The notes beneath the pieces were generated by a model that was given only the letters and a program-made list of their open reading frames with translations, made no database searches and was not told where the DNA came from. Of a stretch of 64,000 nucleotides of DNA, positions 57,880-64,000 are shown one piece after another (the stretch's first letter is position 1; the number at the start of each line of letters is the position of its first letter). Origin of the DNA: Schizochytrium sp. TIO01 (lineage: Eukaryota; Protista; Bigyra: Labyrinthulomycetes). The position numbers and the translations under genes are program-made. The stretch is taken from positions 930,001 through 994,000 of the forward strand of contig SMSO01000008.1 in the NCBI GenBank assembly GCA_004764695.1. Direction: 5' to 3'.

Positions 57880-60800
57880 TAGATCCGTTTGCTCCACTTG
57901 CGCACCTCGCTTTACTTCACTTGCCGGGATCGCTATAACTGCTCGCTGCTGGTCGACTGGTTGACTGCCTCGCTAAGGACCTACCTACCCGATTCGCTAA
58001 TTGAGTTCTATCTGTCTTTCCCTCTCCGAAAATGAATAGAATAAATGAAATTGAAATACAGTAGTTCTCTCCGTCTGCGTGCGGCGAGGTCCCCACCCTA
58101 ATAATTCGCTGCCTGGATGCTGCTTCGCTGGCTTGACTGGCACCGATCGAGCTTTGAGCAAGAATGCCTTCGGGCCTCAGTTGATTGATATGTTGATTGA
58201 TTTGCCTTGCATCTCCTTTCTCTGACCGACGGCTTCTTTCAAGAAATGAAATATTTTTTATTATTTCAAGGTGGTTCAACTTGGTTTCGTAAATTTGGTT
58301 GTGCCAGCACTTTTTCTAATTTCTTCTTAGATCACAGCTCTGACGATTATAGGCAACTCCTTTCCTTCGTCTCTTGCTCGTCAAAAGCACAATAACTCCA
58401 CCATGCAGTGAATTGCTCGGGCTCGGTAGTAGATATTGACGCTGCTTCTTTGCTCGTGTATGTATGCCAAAGCGTTGTTTTTGAGGATGCTGCCAGGCCT
58501 CCTGAGTTTTTTCAATTACAGCAATTGACTTGGTACTATACCTACCTACCTTCGGATTAGCAGACACCGAAGACTTAGGTATCTTAGAACAAATTAGAAA
58601 GAGAGAACGAGAGAAAAATGAGAAATTCAGGTTATCATATAAATCAGGATTACCGCCGCTAGATCCTTCATTGGTTTTGCATAGAAGTCAGGTGTATGAT
58701 AATAGGTTCGGCTGTTTTCTTTTTCTTCGGCTGCTCATAATCAGCCAGTTTTTTCTTTTTCTTTTTCTTTTTCTTTTTCTTTTTCATCAAAAGATTGGTA
58801 ATGTTGCTTTGACATACAGTTAAAAAGTATAAAAACAAAAGCAACGAGGGGCTGTCTTGGCTTGCGCTTTTAGCTTTAAAAAGGACTCAGTACCTTGGAG
58901 AACTGAGAGTGTTTTTTTAATCAAGAGAGTACCAGTAGGTACCGACCATCTGTTTTGCCGTGTTTTTTTAGAGTATAGATGGAGGCCAACCTTTCAAACC
59001 TCAGCACGGTCGCCTGCGAATGATCAATGTTTTATTATGTCAAACACATTCATTACTCACTCACATCGTCATCCGTGTCATCTTCTTCATAGTCGCACCA
59101 TCGTGAAACGATCTCCATCTTCTATTTCCTTCGTGCGTGTCGTTCAGTCACCAGTTGATATTCCATCGGGACATAATCATTTTTCAAGCGCGACAATTTT
59201 GACGGCACGTGAGACTTTTCACCATCATCTTCCCAGTTCTCATCCTCACCCAGGAATAAGCATTACAAATGAATGAATGAATGAATACAAGAACGAATCG
59301 TTACATTGCCTACTAAACAGGTATGGTAATCTGCTCGTACACAAAAGCATCTTGAAAACACGTGAGCACAATCGTCCAACCATCCAGTCGAGTGCAGAAG
59401 CCAGCAGGCAGAAGCCAGTACGAACTGTCTGTTGTATAAATACCAAGACTTTTGTTTCAACTTCAATCAGTCGTTAAAGAAGTCCACGTGCCTTCAATCC
59501 ATTCACAAGCTCGTGCTGCCAGGAGATGATGTTCTTATGGTTAGTACCACTACCACCATCACACCACCATAACACTCATCGATTCAATCGTTGTTGACAG
59601 TACAATATGAGGGACCGGCAATTCGGTTGGCTATAATTTTAAAATAGAACCTTTTCAATGAACTTCCATGCGCTCACATAGTACAAAGACTGCACAATCA
59701 CTGTGCCGATCAGAAAACTAGCCGGAAGCAGCGGTCATGGGAGGTAGAGCTTTCGATTTCCAAGACGTGAAGTCTTCAAGTTGGATGATGGTTTCGCTTT
59801 TACGAATAAATCGGAAGAAACACCTGCTCTCGCCTCTAGAGGTAGTAGCCTAAGTAAGAAGAACCCATAATGTCGTAGCCTAGCCTACCCAGGCACTAGT
59901 ACTAGAATGTGTCTTTAACAAAACATGTTCGGATTGTTTTTAAAGTGTTGTTGTGCTTTTTAGAGACAAGCCATGAGGAACTTGACTTCTTCCTTTCGAA
60001 GTTGAGTGGTATGTACCTACCTATTAGAATACTGGTGGGTCAGGAAAGAAAAATTATCAATCAACATGATCCTATTAGGTAGCGTGGCCGTAGGTTTGAG
60101 AAGACCATATTCAGGTGAAGTTGTAACGTTGGTTTATTTACAAATGCCTTTTTATTCTATTTTTTCCAAAGGAATTCATTTTTACTTTTCATAACAAAAA
60201 TCACCAGCAATGGGCCTAATAAATATAAATAAATATATAAGGACACCCACCATGTTGTTATATGGTGTTACAGGCATTGATATTCTTCAACCTCAAGCAA
60301 ACCTTTGACCAAGTTCGCCCAGATTTAATCTTGGTCTTTTAAATAAGTCTGGCTCTTCACATGAAGTATGAAAGCCGACTTGGTTCGTTTCTTCGTTTCT
60401 TCCCTTATTCACTACATAAGTATCGTAAAGGTAGCACGACATTTGGTATTTCTTTATTTGTGGAGCTGCAAGTGAACCACCTGTTTTAAAGAATAGAGAG
60501 ATCGCATAATATCTATATCATTAAAATAAGTTCAATTTGATTTGCTCCAATGCCTGCTTTAAGAGTTCCGCACTATCCGTGAATGACAGTAGTCGCACAT
60601 ACTACGTATTCGCGATGTTGTACAGTATCATCAATGACACCCAAGTTTGTCTTGGCCTAGATCGGTGTCACAGTCGGACATTTTCCTTTTCTCTTTTTTA
60701 ATAAAATTTCCATTCTATTAATTTCCAAATATTTTTTAGAAACAAAAAACGTTTTAAAATACAAATCTTTTCTAGGCTATGACCATTTTCATTAGGTGTA

Positions 60801-61049
60801 ACCTTCGAAGAGTAATGTCCACATAAAATGTTTGAAGAGTTAGGAAAGCTGAGCAGGCGCGAGCCTGAGTCGTTGCGCGAAGCTAATGGAGGCTTGGGAG
60901 CAGACACGTCTACAAAATGCATTTCAACTAATTGGCAACAGAATTTGTTTTTAGGAAAACTGTGTATCATTCCGGATAGTTGAATCTTTAGATGAGAGAA
61001 GTTAAACTGGCGAGAATGCAAGGTTTATGCATCGTCTTTCCCTCCGCGG

Positions 61050-63040
61050 CGCTGTGAAAAGGCACACAGAGTTTGAAAAATACATCAAAGTCGAGAGTCG
61101 GACTTCTCCCAAGTATCAAGATCCTTTTCAAGGAGTGGCCTGGCCTCCGAAGTGCTTACGAAGGCCAGAAAGACAATATTGAAAAGTTGAAGGCAAAAGT
61201 TGAGCGTCGAAGTCATAATGAACAGATGGCTCGATCTGGCTTATTAGAAGACACTGACAAAGCTACAGCGACAACCCTTGAGCGGCGCATTCTGCGGAAG
61301 ACTGCCATGATTGAGGATCTTTAAGAGAAAATGATCTGCTTGCATCATGATAATTCGCATCATTTTAAGATTGCAACAGATAGATTCTTCAAAGGGCAAC
61401 TTGGCATCAACATTAGTAGCTTAACACTACTTAAATGGCACAGCGGTTATCGGAAGGTGTCAAAAGTAATGGGGCGCACAGTTACATTAGATGTTAATGC
61501 TGAAGAAAGCTTATGAAAACAGTTTTATGCCTTGACCAGCTCTGTCTTACGAGAAGATGTTTTACAACTAGCAAGGAATGTGCTTACAGAAGACGGCAAC
61601 CAATGCTTCAATAAAGCACGACCCTCGTTGGGATGGCACCGTCCATGGTTTAACTGTATGAAAAACCTTGAACCAGATTTCGCGAGGGTCACTCGGCCGT
61701 GGGACTGACACTCGTACAATAAGATAGTTTAATACAAACAATGTAAGCTTGTAATTTGATCGTTTCAGATCACTAGATCACTCCTCCTAGAATAAAAACT
61801 TGCCTGAAAGCCCCGTGAAGGCAAAGAAAATGTGAGGGGACTAGTGTGTCTTTGTCCAGAACGTATAATCACTTCTGATGTGAGTGGTGGCAAAACGAGA
61901 ACACTAAACAAAGCTTCTGACAACTCAGACTTCAAGTCTGGAGACTTTGGATGAGGATAATCTCCAGAGCGTAGTACAAGAAGATGGAACAACGATCTTT
62001 CGAAGCATATTACTTTGTTTGGTGGACACACGATGCCAGGGAAACCTACAGTTCTTGTTTGGGTGATTTAGGCAGACAAAAACATTGCCCAAACCACCCG
62101 GTCTATGGCTATCCGCAGGGCTCCCAAGTATTCAGATCTGCTTTCCGTGAATGAGCAAAGCATCAAAGGGGTTATTTTTTGAGTGAACGAAAAGGGCGAC
62201 ATAACCTCAGAAACTTTTGAAGAACTTATGGTTGAGGGCTGTATCAAAAAATACGTAGCTCCAAGCAACGGGACATGGGTTTTATGGCTACCAGATTAAC
62301 ATTACTCTTATCTGCTTATCAGTTTTATCGAAAGACTTCGAAAGGATGGCAGCATTCTTGCTGGTCGGCTTTCAAGTATAACGTCAGAGTCTCAGAGCCC
62401 AGATGTCCAACTGATTAGTGATTTGAAGGGGGGGGGGGGGATATATAAAGTTTCAAGGAGAGATTCTCCTGATAACTTCAAGCAATCCTTTAATGCTGCA
62501 AATATTATTAATTAGGCAGAACAGGCTCTCATCTAGACGTCCACAAAAGAAAATTGTTTGACTTGCCTTTGGAAATCAGGAATGAGTCGATTGGACCGAA
62601 ACCATCTGTGGACTCACCCTTGCATTTGTGATGGTGATCAGACATTCTATTTGAGTCGCATTGACCCAAGTAAAAACGAAGACACAGAGTATATCATGTG
62701 CAAGCGAGCTCTTGACGAGAAGACCTCCAGAAACGACCAAGCAATCTCACGCTGTCAGCAAGAGATCTTACGCTATAAAGAAGAGGACCGACGTTACAGA
62801 CTCGAGTGAGGGAGAAATGAGGGAGCTATGAGGAGGCGACTAGACCGACTTGCACCGGAAAGGAGAGCAAAATATGCAAAATATGATTATTTCTTCGACA
62901 GTGATTTGGCCGAGTATGATAGATGGAATAGCGTTTTAGAGACTGACTTCGCCAACCCTCAGCTATTAGGGCCATATTATCAGATGATTACGAATAAAGC
63001 GGAGCTAGTGAAAATGGAATCATCTGCATTACTTCTCTGA
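61050..63040 (+). mobile_element. Decayed pogo/Fot1-like (Tc1/mariner superfamily, DDE_1) transposase; boundaries approximate
   Basis: Manual translation of about 62160-62430 reads VNEKGDITSETFEE...WVLWLPD*HYSYLLISFIERL...ITSESQSPDVQLISDLK, matching the DDE_1 pattern (KGW-T-E-F...LLxLDxHxSH...TxxLQPLDV). Internal stops are present and I found no TIRs. Confidence 0.6.
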
Positions 63041-64000
63041 AGAGTCTGCTAGAGCTAATCGTTTGCCTTCACTCGTGGTGCCACCAGTTTGTGAGAGTAA
63101 TTACTTAATAAATCATGGATAAATTATTTGATCGACTAAGATAATAGAAAACGTCAATGTAAACCAGCCTTCAGCTTTGATCTCGCACTCGGAATGCTGG
63201 CACTCTGCAAGTGACTCACCCTGAGGTTCTTTCTGCAATTGAAGATATCCATAAACATGGTCAAGAACAGAAGAGGAGTTAAAATTCATTAGAGGCATAA
63301 TCACGCTGAGGAGGAATTCCTCAATCAAACCGAGTTGTTTGGAGAAATTAATGACAAACTGAAAACAAAGCCCTGCCAACATCTATCCGAGTCTTTGATC
63401 CTCTGAGACGACGGGTAAGCATCAGGATTGCTGTCACAGAATCCAATAACGATGCAAAATTTGTTGAACGTCTCTCCGACATCCCTAAAACTGCAACGTT
63501 CGGAATTTCGTAGGGCAGCCTTGCAAGAACCCCAGAATGGTGCTTCACATGTCTTGATCAACTTGGGATAACCAGTGTTTGAACTGAGCCTATGTCACAA
63601 CCCCTATTTCTATCTCCATTAATGTTGGTATTTTCATTAAAAAGTTTCTTTTGGAGGGAAAACCAAAAAACAGACTAAACATTAGTTTTGGACTATTGGA
63701 CATTATTTTCAGCGTCCCTTGTGAGGGGGGTATACTTAAGCTGGGCATCTACATAGGATTGCGTACACGCTGACTGTGTTGATAGCAAAATGTATAGACC
63801 ATGGCAGCTAGTTTCAGAAATGAGTCAGCTAACGACGATTATGCACAATGGAAGGAGGTGCTATTTGAACACCATTAACGCGGCATTCGTTCTTTCATGA
63901 GAACTCAAATGAACAGCTAATAGTAGGCTCGCGAAGGCAGATGCACATGCACTCAACCTTGTTGATTTGAGAGGATTGAGCTCATTTTCCACAGCGATAG

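Noticed and set aside
1-64000. tRNA, rRNA or other structured RNA genes
   Set aside because: None recognised by eye; tRNAscan-SE/Infernal would be needed to exclude them.

Overview
Eukaryotic genomic DNA: GT-AG spliceosomal introns with CTAAC/CTGAC branch points, microsatellite-rich intergenic spacers and intron-poor genes. Gene content and style fit a flagellated protist, probably a stramenopile such as a thraustochytrid (inference only). I can support 15 intact protein-coding genes, 7 of which I had to splice by hand: LACTB2-like metallo-beta-lactamase, RanBP2-ZnF+RhoGAP, a head-to-head pair of paralogous small TPR genes (one 4-exon gene whose full spliced form is absent from the ORF track), TAF6, TIM10, a family-16 methyltransferase, a secreted Cys-repeat protein, Timeless/Tof1, a DUF3754/TMEM143-like protein, a probable mitoribosomal mS26, Fab1/PIKfyve, DZIP1, a GPI-anchored Ly6/uPAR-like protein and the YME1/FtsH i-AAA protease. 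Decayed remnants include an ankyrin gene, a kinase and a pogo-like DDE transposase. The most interesting observations are (1) a TRF/telobox-like Myb domain inserted inside Timeless, (2) a three-finger (LU) GPI-anchored protein in an apparent non-metazoan, (3) the divergent TPR paralog pair, and (4) an 18-bp non-coding motif found as a tandem repeat and as a perfect hairpin 23 kb apart, each near a gene for a predicted mitochondrial protein. All family calls come from motif recognition by eye; no searches were run.
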